The translations under genes and the position numbers were made by a program. The notes beneath the pieces are model-generated. The model was not told where the DNA came from. It saw nothing but the letters and a program-made list of their open reading frames with translations, and searched no databases. A DNA stretch of 64,000 nucleotides. It comes from Candidatus Saccharimonadota bacterium. GTDB lineage: Bacteria > Patescibacteriota > Saccharimonadia > CAILAD01 > BJGX01. Position 1 is the first letter of the stretch. Each line of letters starts with the position of its first letter. Shown in pieces: positions 40,892 through 51,981 of the stretch. The stretch is taken from contig JAXLZU010000001.1 in the NCBI GenBank assembly GCA_046350735.1, positions 12,530 to 76,529 on the forward strand, in the 5' to 3' direction.

Positions 40892-41505
40892 AAAAGATTA
40901 TCATTATTATTCTTCTAGTTATAATTGTAGCCTTTATTACAGGATTTATTTATTTCACAGTTAATAACAATCGGGATCAGAGTTTTTCATTAATAAAAAC
41001 TAAACCTAATAATTATAGTAAAGAGGTAAATGTTAATTCAGAGATAACCTTTGAGTTTTCTGAACCACTTTCTAAAAACGAATCAAAAAATACAGTCGAA
41101 GTAATACCAAATTCATTTCTTATAAAAACTATTAACGATAAGGTATTAACCTTAAAACCAAATATTACTCTAAAAGAAAACACACAGTACACTATAAAGA
41201 TTTCTAATATTGAGTCAATTAATAATGAGAAACTTAGCCCAATAACATTAATATTTACAACCGGAACGGATAACTCAGATCGAACTAGATTTATTAAATC
41301 GCTTCCAATACAGGCTGAGGGTTTTTATATTGAGTATGATGATTTAACTAATATATTCATTGTTACAATACAAAAAAATCCATATGATAAATATAAACAG
41401 AATGCGATAGATTACTTAAACTCAAAAGGTATAAATACCAATACAGAACAAATCCAATATAAAGAACTCCGTTTTCTTCAAGGTAATGGTGCTCCTCCTG
41501 GTTAG
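40888..41505 (+). CDS. Ig-like (Big_5-type) domain membrane-anchored protein
   Basis: P.N.SKEV..NSEITFEFSEPL...LTLKP...LKENTQYTIKI...FTTG. Confidence 0.75.
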   Translation: MKKIIIIILLVIIVAFITGFIYFTVNNNRDQSFSLIKTKPNNYSKEVNVNSEITFEFSEPLSKNESKNTVEVIPNSFLIKTINDKVLTLKPNITLKENTQYTIKISNIESINNEKLSPITLIFTTGTDNSDRTRFIKSLPIQAEGFYIEYDDLTNIFIVTIQKNPYDKYKQNAIDYLNSKGINTNTEQIQYKELRFLQGNGAPPG

Positions 41506-41508
41506 TAA

Positions 41509-41772
41509 TTAACTAATTACAATGCTTATTTGAGATATATTATATTTTTCTAGCTGCTTTAGTAAGGAGTATTGTATTAACCTTAATTCGCTTGCTGCAG
41601 AAGCATTAGGAGTAGAAATAATTAAGATTGGTGGCTGAAATTTCTTAATAGTAACTTGTATTTGAGTAGCTTGTAAGATTGTATTTTGAATTTCTAATAT
41701 CGTTTTTTGCGTATCTGTATAATACGTATGTTTACCAAATTGATGTTTCTTAATTCGCTCTAAATCGCTCAT
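41509..41772 (-). CDS. putative DciA/DUF721-like protein
   Basis: Directly follows recF; LIISTPNASAASELRL...LLKQL resembles the DUF721 core. Confidence 0.5.
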   Translation of the reverse strand: MSDLERIKKHQFGKHTYYTDTQKTILEIQNTILQATQIQVTIKKFQPPILIISTPNASAASELRLIQYSLLKQLEKYNISQISIVIS

Positions 41773-42815
41773 ACCAACTCTATATGCTGAAAATCTTTAA
41801 TAACATTACTAGGAATATTTGTACTGGTAATAATTGTCTGATATTTTTTGGTATTTTTTATAAGTAGTTTTTGACGGTTTTCATCAAGCTCACTAAAGAC
41901 ATCATCGAGAAGTAATATTGGCAGCTCTTTAGATTGATTAAATAGCTCTAATTCAGTAAATTTAAATGCTAAAAGTAATGAGCGAATCTCACCGCGCGAG
42001 GCAAAATTCTTTACCTGGTCATTATTAAACAGCACAACAAAATCCTCACGATGGGGCCCTATTAGGGTTAATCCTACCAAGCTGTCTATGTTCCAGTTAC
42101 TCTGAATCTTTTCTAATAAGTCTTCTTCTGAGACATTTGAAGCAATAAATTCAGTTTGAATTTGTTTATTATCAGAAGAAACGCTCATATAAAATTCTTG
42201 TACTAGCGGGGTAATTTTAGTTAGTAATTCTCTACGTTTCTTTGTAATATACGACCCAGCAGTTGCGAGTTGAATATTATAAATATAGATCTGCTCATTT
42301 ATCTTTGGTTTGATACCTGATTGTTTATATTTCTTTAAAAGAGCATTTCTTTGTCGAAGTGTTTTGCTATATATAATACTATTTTGAACATATGTAGGAT
42401 CGAGTTGATAGAGAAGAGTATCAAGATACTTACGACGTATACTTGGGCTCAGAGAAAATAATAATATAGAATTAGGCTCAAACAAAACTACCGGAAATGT
42501 ACCGATACTTTTTTTTAATGTAGTGATTTTACTATTATGTTTAATAGTTTTTTTTGGTTTTGGTTGAATAGTATAATGATATGCTAAAGTATTTTTTGGA
42601 AATTTTAACTCTACTCGAAAGTAATCTGTATTATTTTGTATAAGTTGACTATCATGGGCACGAAAAGATTTTGTAAACAATCCAACAAAAATTGATTCGA
42701 GTATATTGGTTTTACCTATAGCATTTCTACCAGTAATTATAGTAGTAGAGTGGGTTAATTGAATTGTTTTATCTGAATAGTTACGAAAATTAGTAAGGGC
42801 GATACTATTTAACAT
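41769..42815 (-). CDS. recF: DNA replication/repair protein RecF
   Basis: NFRNY, GRNAIGKTNILE, GPHRED, SRGE, LLLDDVFSELD. Confidence 0.96.
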   Translation of the reverse strand: MLNSIALTNFRNYSDKTIQLTHSTTIITGRNAIGKTNILESIFVGLFTKSFRAHDSQLIQNNTDYFRVELKFPKNTLAYHYTIQPKPKKTIKHNSKITTLKKSIGTFPVVLFEPNSILLFSLSPSIRRKYLDTLLYQLDPTYVQNSIIYSKTLRQRNALLKKYKQSGIKPKINEQIYIYNIQLATAGSYITKKRRELLTKITPLVQEFYMSVSSDNKQIQTEFIASNVSEEDLLEKIQSNWNIDSLVGLTLIGPHREDFVVLFNNDQVKNFASRGEIRSLLLAFKFTELELFNQSKELPILLLDDVFSELDENRQKLLIKNTKKYQTIITSTNIPSNVIKDFQHIELV

Positions 42816-42816
42816 T

Positions 42817-43917
42817 CTAACTACGAAGTGGCATTATTATATGGACATAGTCAGAATGATATTTACCTTCTGGTCTTACCACACAAGGCTCTAGCTTATC
42901 GGTAAATGAAAGTTGTAGAGTATCTTTCTTAATTGCATTCGCTGCATCTAATAGATAGCGTGCGTTTACGTTAATAGTAATAGGTTTACCCGATACCTTA
43001 GCAGGTATCTTTGAAGAATTTGTACCAATGTCGCTTGCTTTAGAGTTAATAACCAATTCTTTTGCATCTACAACCAATTCTATACTATGTGCATTTTCTC
43101 GAGAGAAAAGTGAGGCAATTTTAATAGCGCGAATTAATTCTTTCTTTTCGAGAGTAACTTGAGTAGAAGAAGATTCAGGAATTATTTTTTTATAATCTGG
43201 ATATTGACCTTCTATAAGCTGGCTAATTATCTGTGCTTGTCCGAGTTCAAAGATTATTTCAGTCTCACTAAGCTGTATTGTTACTTCATCTGGAGAGAGA
43301 ATCGAAGCTACTCGTATTACCTCAGAAAGAGTAGAGGCAGGCACTATAACTGAAATGTCTTCATTAGAGTTAATAGTAAGCTTATTTTGTGCAAGACGAT
43401 AACTATCTGTACCAGCCAGTAATAATTCTTTCTTAGTAATATTTATCAATACTCCAGCTAGAATTGGCCTCGACTCATCTATACTTACTGCTGGTAATAT
43501 TTCTTCGACTGAAGTTATAAATACATCTAAGGGAAGAGTAATAGTATTTTTTGTAGTAATTTCTGGTATCTGTGGGAATTCACTTGCATTTAGGCCATTC
43601 ATTTCCGCTTCAAAGCCATCAGTGCGCAGAATAATATTATCATTATTAGATGTAAGCTGAATTTTATCTTCATTAAGTGAGTGTACAATATCAAAGAAGA
43701 GGCGAGCGGGGAGAGAACAATTACCATCCTCTTCTACCTTAGCTGGCAAACTATATCGAATAGAGAGCTCGAGATTAGTTGCCTGTAACTCTATCATTCC
43801 TTTCTTTGCAAGTACAAGGATATTACCAAGTATAGGTAGACTATTTGTAGGTTGAACTATCCGAGAAGTTATAGAAAGACCTGTATCAATATTTTGTTGT
43901 AATAGAGAAACCTTCAT
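42817..43917 (-). CDS. dnaN: DNA polymerase III beta clamp
   Basis: LPILGNIL, ATNLE, TDSYRLA, LIEGQYPDY, IIMPLR. Confidence 0.97.
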   Translation of the reverse strand: MKVSLLQQNIDTGLSITSRIVQPTNSLPILGNILVLAKKGMIELQATNLELSIRYSLPAKVEEDGNCSLPARLFFDIVHSLNEDKIQLTSNNDNIILRTDGFEAEMNGLNASEFPQIPEITTKNTITLPLDVFITSVEEILPAVSIDESRPILAGVLINITKKELLLAGTDSYRLAQNKLTINSNEDISVIVPASTLSEVIRVASILSPDEVTIQLSETEIIFELGQAQIISQLIEGQYPDYKKIIPESSSTQVTLEKKELIRAIKIASLFSRENAHSIELVVDAKELVINSKASDIGTNSSKIPAKVSGKPITINVNARYLLDAANAIKKDTLQLSFTDKLEPCVVRPEGKYHSDYVHIIMPLRS

Positions 43918-44194
43918 AATTAATATTGTACTAGATTAAATAAGTGATAGTAGTAATAGGGGCTGTGGAAATTGTGGAGAACGTTATTTTTTACTTTTAC
44001 TATAGCTAAAATGGCTATTCTTACGTTGTGGTTAAATTGTGAATTATAAAAGGATAACATGTGTGTAAAGACCGAGTTATACATAGCTAGTATAACTACT
44101 TCTCGAGTGCTGTGTACAAATGCTATTTTTCTACACATATCTTGCACAAGACTTACACACAATTCCCACAACTTATACACATACTTTTCCACAA
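43918..44194. other. replication origin oriC
   Basis: Between dnaA and dnaN; trio repeats TAGTAGTAATAG, then GGGC, then TGTGGAAAT/TGTGGAGAA; boxes TTATACACA 44173-44181 and TTTTCCACA 44185-44193. Confidence 0.88.
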
Positions 44195-45547
44195 CTAGAA
44201 TATCTCAGCTTTTAGTTTATTAATATCTGCAGCCAAATCAGTATCTGTGGGTATTGTCTTCTCGAGTTTTTTAACACCGTGCATAACTGTAGTATGGTCT
44301 CTACCACCTAGTTTCGAGGCAATAATAGGAAAGCTAAGATGAAGCTCAGTACGCATAAAATACATGGCAATCTGGCGAGGTAAGACTATTTCCTTATTTC
44401 TACGAGTACCGGTAATTTCGTCATATGAGATATTGTAGTAACTGGCTGTTTTTTGTAGGATATCCTTTACCTCAACTCGTTTTTTTTGTTTATTCTGCTC
44501 CCCGAGGGCCATTTCGGCTACTTCAAAGGTTAGTTCTGTATTATGGGCCAAACAGTACCCTAGTACCTTAGTTAAGGCACCCTCTAATTCACGTATATTC
44601 ATCTCAGCCGATCGGGCAATTAAATCTGCCACCGATTCATCGAGAGTAATTCCTTTATCTTGGGCCTTTTGCATTACAATAGCAATTCGTGTTTCTAGGT
44701 CTGGTGGTTGAATATCGGCAACCATACCCCATTCAAATCGTGAGCGCAAACGAGCTTCTAATGTTGGGATTTCTTTCGGTGGACGGTCAGAACAGAGTAC
44801 TATCTGACGATTGTTCTGATGAAGTGTATTAAAAGTATGGAAAAACTCTTCTTGGGTTTTTTCAGCACCTGCAATAAATTGCATGTCGTCTACTAATAAT
44901 ACATCTACCTCACGGTACTTATTAGTAAATTTCTCACCCTTGCGGATAGCTTGCACAAACTCACTAATTATCTGCTCACTTGTAACATACACAATTCGCG
45001 CATCTGGATTTAATTTATGTATCTCAGTATTAATTGCCCACATTAGGTGAGTTTTACCAACCCCGGCTGGTCCATATAGAAAGAGAGGATTGTAAGCAGT
45101 ACCAGGCTTCTCTACAACCAACTGTGCTGCTGAGAAGGCTAATCTATTACCAGAGCCAACAATAAAGTTAGAAAAATTATATTTACTCTGAAACGGTGTA
45201 GTTGTAGGCGGCACTGCTGCTTCAGGAGCTGGCTTTTTATCTGGTAGATTTACATTTTGGCTCGTAGATTCTGGCTTTGGTAGTGCAGATTTACTAATTT
45301 TTCCAATACTAAAACTGAGTTTTTCAATAGGATGATCTATATTAGTAAAAGCATCTAGAATATCCTGATAAAACTTTGTTTCTAGGTAGTGCTTTGTCAT
45401 ATAGTTAGGCACACGAATATGGGCTGAAGTCTTTGTAATAGACTCTGCTTGGGTTGGTGCTATCCAAGTAGAAAAGTTAGCCGAAGATAATGATAATTGT
45501 AAATTACCACGTACTAACTCCCATAACTTTGCTTCTGAGTTTTCCAC
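44195..45547 (-). CDS. dnaA: chromosomal replication initiator DnaA
   Basis: YNPLFLYGPAGVGKTHL, QEEFFHTFN, RLRSRF, NIRELEGAL, GGRDHTTVMH. Confidence 0.99.
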   Translation of the reverse strand: MENSEAKLWELVRGNLQLSLSSANFSTWIAPTQAESITKTSAHIRVPNYMTKHYLETKFYQDILDAFTNIDHPIEKLSFSIGKISKSALPKPESTSQNVNLPDKKPAPEAAVPPTTTPFQSKYNFSNFIVGSGNRLAFSAAQLVVEKPGTAYNPLFLYGPAGVGKTHLMWAINTEIHKLNPDARIVYVTSEQIISEFVQAIRKGEKFTNKYREVDVLLVDDMQFIAGAEKTQEEFFHTFNTLHQNNRQIVLCSDRPPKEIPTLEARLRSRFEWGMVADIQPPDLETRIAIVMQKAQDKGITLDESVADLIARSAEMNIRELEGALTKVLGYCLAHNTELTFEVAEMALGEQNKQKKRVEVKDILQKTASYYNISYDEITGTRRNKEIVLPRQIAMYFMRTELHLSFPIIASKLGGRDHTTVMHGVKKLEKTIPTDTDLAADINKLKAEIF

Positions 45548-45705
45548 TCGTTATCTCACCCCTTCTTTACTACTAATAATAATCGCTAAAAAAGTTTTCC
45601 ACAACCAAACAAAAACCAGAAATATATATCTAACCAAGAGCTTGTGGAAAAATATACTATTTAGATTGACTAATGTAATAAAAATCTGTAGTATATATAA
45701 GACCT

Positions 45706-45843
45706 ATGAGTAAAAAAACCTACCAACCAAAGAAACGCTATCGATCTCGAGTACATGGCTTTTTTGCCAGAATGAGTACACGACAAGGTCAAGCTGTATT
45801 AAAAAGACGCAAGTTAAAAGGCCGAAAAAAGATTTCTGCCTAA
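45706..45843 (+). CDS. rpmH: 50S ribosomal protein L34 (not in ORF track)
   Basis: Hand translation [45 protein letters not shown]. Confidence 0.97.
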   Translation: MSKKTYQPKKRYRSRVHGFFARMSTRQGQAVLKRRKLKGRKKISA

Positions 45844-45850
45844 TTTATAT

Positions 45851-46186
45851 ATGGAACCACTCCGAAAAAAGGTAGAATTTGCAAAAACCTATCGGCTTGG
45901 TAAATCTGTTCGAACGCCCAATTTTACAATTAAGGCCCTTCAAGTAAAAGAGTCTACTATTAAGCTTGGTATTGTGGTGCCAAAAAAGGTAAGTAAAAAA
46001 GCAGTAGTAAGAAATCGTGCACGCCGTCGCGTGAGAGAGATAATACGAAAAAATATTTCATTGGCGATACCTGGTTTTTTCGTTATAGTAAATATATACA
46101 CTGACCTTTCAGAGATAAATCATACTAATTTAGAAAAGAGCCTTATACAGAGCCTTCAGAGCCTTAAAGTATTTAAAACCCAATGA
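45851..46186 (+). CDS. rnpA: RNase P protein component
   Basis: LGIVVPKKVSKKAVVRNRARRR; synteny. Confidence 0.95.
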   Translation: MEPLRKKVEFAKTYRLGKSVRTPNFTIKALQVKESTIKLGIVVPKKVSKKAVVRNRARRRVREIIRKNISLAIPGFFVIVNIYTDLSEINHTNLEKSLIQSLQSLKVFKTQ

Positions 46187-46434
46187 AACCTATTATTATT
46201 ACATCAATCAATCTTTATCAAAAAACCCTATCACCAGACCATGGGTTATTAAAATCACGCTACCCGTATGGTTTTTGCCGTCACTACCCAAGTTGTAGTG
46301 AATATACTAAGCAAGCATTTATTCATCAGCCACTACTGAAGGCAGTTGGTTTAAGTACCAAACGGATACTTAGCTGTAATCCATTTGTAAGCCCACGTGT
46401 GGACATGAGTTATTTACCTAAGGAGATGCAATGA
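46183..46434 (+). CDS. yidD: membrane protein insertion efficiency factor
   Basis: YQKTLSP, CRHYPSCSEY, RILSCNPF. Confidence 0.92.
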   Translation: MKPIIITSINLYQKTLSPDHGLLKSRYPYGFCRHYPSCSEYTKQAFIHQPLLKAVGLSTKRILSCNPFVSPRVDMSYLPKEMQ

Positions 46435-47252
46435 GCCCAATTTTTCATTTATTACAAGTAATTTTTCTACAGCCATTATTAAACTTACTCTTTTTAATTT
46501 ATGGAATTATTCCAGGGCACGACTTTGGAGTAAGTGTTATTATTCTTACCCTTATTATTCGATTTGCTCTTTGGCCACTTACATCTAAACAACTACGTAG
46601 CCAAAAAAAGATGCAAGCCTTACAGCCAGAAATTGCAAAACTTAAGAAAAAAGCTAATGGCGACAAAACTCTCGAGTCTCAAATGTTAATGGAGCTTTAT
46701 AAAGAAAAAGAAATTTCTCCGTTTTCAGCTTGTCTTCCTGTACTCTTACAATTTCCATTTCTTATTGCACTATATTTTGTATTTCAGGCGGCTACACATA
46801 ATACATCTGAATTAGTAAACCTACTCTATATACCTATTCAAAATTTAAGCGCCGTCCAAGCAATAATTCAAAATCCTTCTAGTTTTCAGCCAACCTTACT
46901 AGGAATAATTTCAATGACAAATCCAAGTATTCCACTTGCTATTCTTGCAGGGGTTACACAGTTCATTCAGGTGCAGATGATTACACCAAAACAAACCGAT
47001 AAATCAGACCCAAGTGCTGCGGCAACCAAAATGATGAACTATGTTTTTCCGCTTATTACCGTATTTATTGCCTGGAAGCTCCCTGCTGCCTTACCACTAT
47101 ACTGGCTAACCGCTAATTTAGTTTCTATTTTGCAGCAAAAAGTAGTTATGGGTGAAGAAGTTGAAGAAATGGAAGAGGTAACGGTGGTTAAAAAGATTGC
47201 CGAGCCAAAGAAGCAGAAAGTTAAACCTTCAGGAAAGCGACGTGGAAAGTAA
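46431..47252 (+). CDS. yidC: membrane protein insertase YidC
   Basis: IIRFALWPL, MQALQPEI, CLPVLLQFP, LPLYW. Confidence 0.95.
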   Translation: MSPIFHLLQVIFLQPLLNLLFLIYGIIPGHDFGVSVIILTLIIRFALWPLTSKQLRSQKKMQALQPEIAKLKKKANGDKTLESQMLMELYKEKEISPFSACLPVLLQFPFLIALYFVFQAATHNTSELVNLLYIPIQNLSAVQAIIQNPSSFQPTLLGIISMTNPSIPLAILAGVTQFIQVQMITPKQTDKSDPSAAATKMMNYVFPLITVFIAWKLPAALPLYWLTANLVSILQQKVVMGEEVEEMEEVTVVKKIAEPKKQKVKPSGKRRGK

Positions 47253-47679
47253 GATACTTGCTCAAGAAATTACTGAAAATCTTCTCGACCGACTTAATGT
47301 TAGTTATACTATTACCACAACAGAAGAAAACGGGATAACCATCGATAGTCCAGACCATGCTCTATTAATTGGTAAAAAAGGTGATAATTTACGTTCTTTG
47401 CAACATTTGGTAAATAGTATTATGAAGCGCCAAGATCCACACGTAGAATGGTGTGTAATAGATGTGGCGGGGTATAAAAAAGAGCGCATAGAAAAGTTGC
47501 GTTCTATTGCTGAGAGTATTGCCAAAGAAGTTATTACTAGTGGTAGACCAAAGAGATTGCCAGCCATGAACTCTTTTGAGCGAAGAGCAATTCATACATA
47601 CCTAGCCGAAAATAATGAGGTTGTTACTGAAAGTGAAGGTCAAGAACCTAATCGCTCGATTGTGGTTAAAAAAGCCTAG
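47242..47679 (+). CDS. jag: KH + R3H RNA-binding protein (short Jag/KhpB)
   Basis: LIGKKGDNLRSLQHL, MNSFERRAIH, SEGQEPNR; start moved to GTG 47242. Confidence 0.9.
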   Translation: MESKILAQEITENLLDRLNVSYTITTTEENGITIDSPDHALLIGKKGDNLRSLQHLVNSIMKRQDPHVEWCVIDVAGYKKERIEKLRSIAESIAKEVITSGRPKRLPAMNSFERRAIHTYLAENNEVVTESEGQEPNRSIVVKKA

Positions 47680-47702
47680 TTACTTTATTAAGTAAGTAAT
47701 AT

Positions 47703-49073
47703 ATGAAATCATCCAACGAAGATACTATAGTAGCTCTAGCTACACCTACTGGGGTTGGTGCCTTAGCAATTATTCGTGTGTCTGGTAATCTCTCAAAGAC
47801 TATATTAGACAAACTTTTTAGACCTATTAATAATCAGTCAATTAAGCCACGAGAGCTACAACTTGGCTGGATACAAGAAGGTAGTAAGAAGTTAGATCAG
47901 GCAATGGCCGTATATATGCCAAACCCAAATAGTTTTACCGGAGAAGATGTAGTGGAGTTTCATCTGCACGGCTCTCCCGCAATTATTCAAAGCTTAATTA
48001 GTAGTATTATTACACACCCTGGAATACGTCAGGCTGAGGCGGGTGAGTTTACTCGACGAGCGTTTATGAATGGAAAAATAGACCTTGTGCAGGCAGAGGC
48101 AGTTGCCGAACTTATTAGTGCCCAAAATGAACGCTCAGCTAAGCAAGCTAGTAGCTTATTAAATGGCGAGCTCTCTAACCAAATTGAAAAGCTAAAGAGC
48201 AAAGTTATATCGCTAAGTGCATTCTATATAGCAAATATTGATTTTTCAGAAGAAGATATACCGGCAATTTCGCCAACCAAAGCACTACAGACTATTACAG
48301 AAATAAAACAGACCATAGAGCAACTTATACAGAATGCAAAGCACCAAAATGTTATACGAGAGGGGTTTAAAGTAGCACTTGTGGGTCTACCAAATGCTGG
48401 CAAGAGCACATTACTTAATAACTTACTAGGATACGATAGGGCATTGGTGAGTGATATTGCTGGTACAACTAGAGATATACTTTCAGAATCTATAACAATT
48501 AATGGTGTGCATTATATACTAACCGATACAGCTGGTCTCCATACTACTAAAGACACAGTGGAGCGTTTGGGTATAGAGAGAACTAAAGCAGAGATAGAGC
48601 AGAGTGATATTGTATTATTGTTAATAGAACCAGGTGAGCAAGCCGACACACAGAAATATTTAGAAGATAATAATCTACTTTATTCTCTAAAGCAGAGCAA
48701 AGTTTTAGTAGTATTTACCAAGTCAGATATAACGACTGAGCCAATTAGTAAATTCTTTTCAGGATTTACCTCTATTACTATTAGCTCAGAAGATAGGCAG
48801 CTTGTAACTAACCTAACTAAATCACTCGAAAAACTCACCAGTGATATCAATCTCGAGAGTGTACAACTGCTTACAAATCGACAGTTATCGTTATTTAATG
48901 AGGCAGTAAAACAACTAGAGCTTTTAGAAAAGCTTTTAATTGATCAAGAAAGTGATGATATTATTCTTGTTGAGTTACAAGCTGTAGTTGATATATTTAA
49001 TTCATTAAGTGGCAAACAAACTTCTGGGGAGATGATTAATGAAGTATTTGCTAACTTCTGTATAGGAAAATAA
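47703..49073 (+). CDS. mnmE: tRNA modification GTPase MnmE
   Basis: DTIVALAT, SFTGED, GLPNAGKS, GTTRD, DTAG, FCIGK. Confidence 0.97.
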   Translation: MKSSNEDTIVALATPTGVGALAIIRVSGNLSKTILDKLFRPINNQSIKPRELQLGWIQEGSKKLDQAMAVYMPNPNSFTGEDVVEFHLHGSPAIIQSLISSIITHPGIRQAEAGEFTRRAFMNGKIDLVQAEAVAELISAQNERSAKQASSLLNGELSNQIEKLKSKVISLSAFYIANIDFSEEDIPAISPTKALQTITEIKQTIEQLIQNAKHQNVIREGFKVALVGLPNAGKSTLLNNLLGYDRALVSDIAGTTRDILSESITINGVHYILTDTAGLHTTKDTVERLGIERTKAEIEQSDIVLLLIEPGEQADTQKYLEDNNLLYSLKQSKVLVVFTKSDITTEPISKFFSGFTSITISSEDRQLVTNLTKSLEKLTSDINLESVQLLTNRQLSLFNEAVKQLELLEKLLIDQESDDIILVELQAVVDIFNSLSGKQTSGEMINEVFANFCIGK

Positions 49074-50813
49074 CTAGTCGGTAATAGGGAAATCGAGAGA
49101 GCTTTGGTAATAGGTGTGTATTGTATCGGTTTTCGTAACCTTGCCATTTAGGTCTAGTACATCACGATAAAATACTGTGTGAGATGGAATAGTAGGGTCT
49201 GCATTACCAGATATGTATTCAGGCCCTCTAATTACACCAGACTTTGTTTTTGTACCATAAAAATCAAATTTTAAGGTAGTACCATACATTTGGGTTTGAA
49301 TAAGAATATAGTGACCAGTGTCATTTAAGAATTTCATGTCTACTTGTGGATAGTAGATGGTAGCATCTACACCTGGCACGCCATACGGAGCGGTATAATA
49401 ACTAATTGCAAAAGCGTGGTTAGTGCGTTGTAAGATTGGCAAACCCGCAAGCAGAGCGGCTCTATAGGCCGTAGAAGAGACTTGGCAGAGCCCACCGCCA
49501 TAAGCCTTTTCTTCATGATCACCAAGAATAATAAGACCAGGTGCATACCCAGTAGCTGCACTAACCTCGCCCAAATACTCACCAAAGCTAAAGACTTGCC
49601 CAGGTTTTAGTAAAACACCATTAAACTTCTTCGCACCAGTGCGGACGTTTTGTAAACGGTTAGCCGGCGAGCCAGGAAAGTAGGTTACGCCTTCAGAAAT
49701 CAGCTCTTTAATACCGAGCTTGTCGATATTTTCATTACTTACAGCGGCTGGTATAGTTTTTACACTCAGAGCAATTTGTCCGTTCGTTGTTTGACTATTA
49801 AGATAACTAGTAATAGCACTAATTGTAGTGGCTTCATCGAGCTGTAGACCATTTCTACTTTGCGCAAAAACTGTAGCTCGACCATCAACAATAGTAAGCT
49901 CGGCATCTTGTGGCTCGGTATTAATTTTGCCAGCCAAATCTTTTACCCAAGCAGCAATTTTTAGGCTGTCAAAATAGGTGGAAGAATTTTCTGAAGGTGG
50001 AGTGTAGTAATTAGTAAGTATATCTTTCTTTAGTGGTAAGTCAGTGGGTGTAGCTGCAAGCCAATTTGCCACAGTATTTGAATCTATCTTCCAGGAATTA
50101 CCCGCATAGCTAAGAGTGATAGGTTGGGTATTAATTGCTTGCCAAAGATTAGTATAGGTTTTGAGTTGGCTACTACTAATCGTTGGTTGAACTTGAAAAA
50201 GTGGAACGACACCGGGTTTATTATTTTGACTACCAAAGTAACTAGCAAGCCAAAGTTGGGTAGTATAAAGATTTAGACGATTTCCAGCTAAACTCTCAGA
50301 AATTGTCACATTCCCATCGGTAAAGTTAATAGCAGAGTTTTGTACTGGCTGACTAAGAGCTTGATTTTGACTAACCAGAAAATCACTTATTTTATTAGGG
50401 TCAAAACTCACAACGGCAATTGGTGTTTGTCTGCCAACCAGTGCCGCTACTTGAGCTGAAATATTTTCAAATATATTACCACCCCGGCCTATCATTAGTG
50501 CTTGGTTAGATGCTACCGCATTATTATAAGTTGCCCCAAGATCGTTTGCTGAGACAGTAACGGTTTTATTAGCAAAGCTAAGACTCTGAGGCTGATCAGC
50601 ATACTTAGTGGTTTGTTTTTGTAGCTCCTTCTGTGCATCGGCAGTAGTTAACCCTCCTAGATAAACGCCATTTGCACTTACTCCTGGATATATTCGTCCA
50701 AAATAGGCGAGACGCAGACCGATTATGAGGAATACAAAAAGAGCCAGTATTACACCGAGCCCAATGAGAGATTTTTTTACCCAAGATAATTGTTGTAGTT
50801 TTTGCATTGTCAC
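49074..50813 (-). CDS. VanW family protein with peptidoglycan-binding repeats
   Basis: N-terminal TM, IYPGVS, GGGLCQVSSTAYRAAL, GVDATIY. Confidence 0.9.
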   Translation of the reverse strand: MTMQKLQQLSWVKKSLIGLGVILALFVFLIIGLRLAYFGRIYPGVSANGVYLGGLTTADAQKELQKQTTKYADQPQSLSFANKTVTVSANDLGATYNNAVASNQALMIGRGGNIFENISAQVAALVGRQTPIAVVSFDPNKISDFLVSQNQALSQPVQNSAINFTDGNVTISESLAGNRLNLYTTQLWLASYFGSQNNKPGVVPLFQVQPTISSSQLKTYTNLWQAINTQPITLSYAGNSWKIDSNTVANWLAATPTDLPLKKDILTNYYTPPSENSSTYFDSLKIAAWVKDLAGKINTEPQDAELTIVDGRATVFAQSRNGLQLDEATTISAITSYLNSQTTNGQIALSVKTIPAAVSNENIDKLGIKELISEGVTYFPGSPANRLQNVRTGAKKFNGVLLKPGQVFSFGEYLGEVSAATGYAPGLIILGDHEEKAYGGGLCQVSSTAYRAALLAGLPILQRTNHAFAISYYTAPYGVPGVDATIYYPQVDMKFLNDTGHYILIQTQMYGTTLKFDFYGTKTKSGVIRGPEYISGNADPTIPSHTVFYRDVLDLNGKVTKTDTIHTYYQSSLDFPITD

Positions 50814-50882
50814 TTTGGCCTTTTGATGGCTTAATTATATACTACTTCACTCGCTATACAAAGCATAAGCTTTGCAGGTTAG

Positions 50883-51914
<1,032 letters not shown>

Positions 51915-51981
51915 CTTCTTGCATTTTAACTAGCATTCGCTATACTACACCTGTTGTACCTTCCCACGACAGGAGAGCAGC

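Noticed and set aside
22935-41505. Conjugative element or prophage interpretation
   Set aside because: No integrase, relaxase, att repeats or phage structural genes in the window
43920-44192. 90-aa ORF between dnaA and dnaN
   Set aside because: Region consists of DnaA boxes and trios (oriC)
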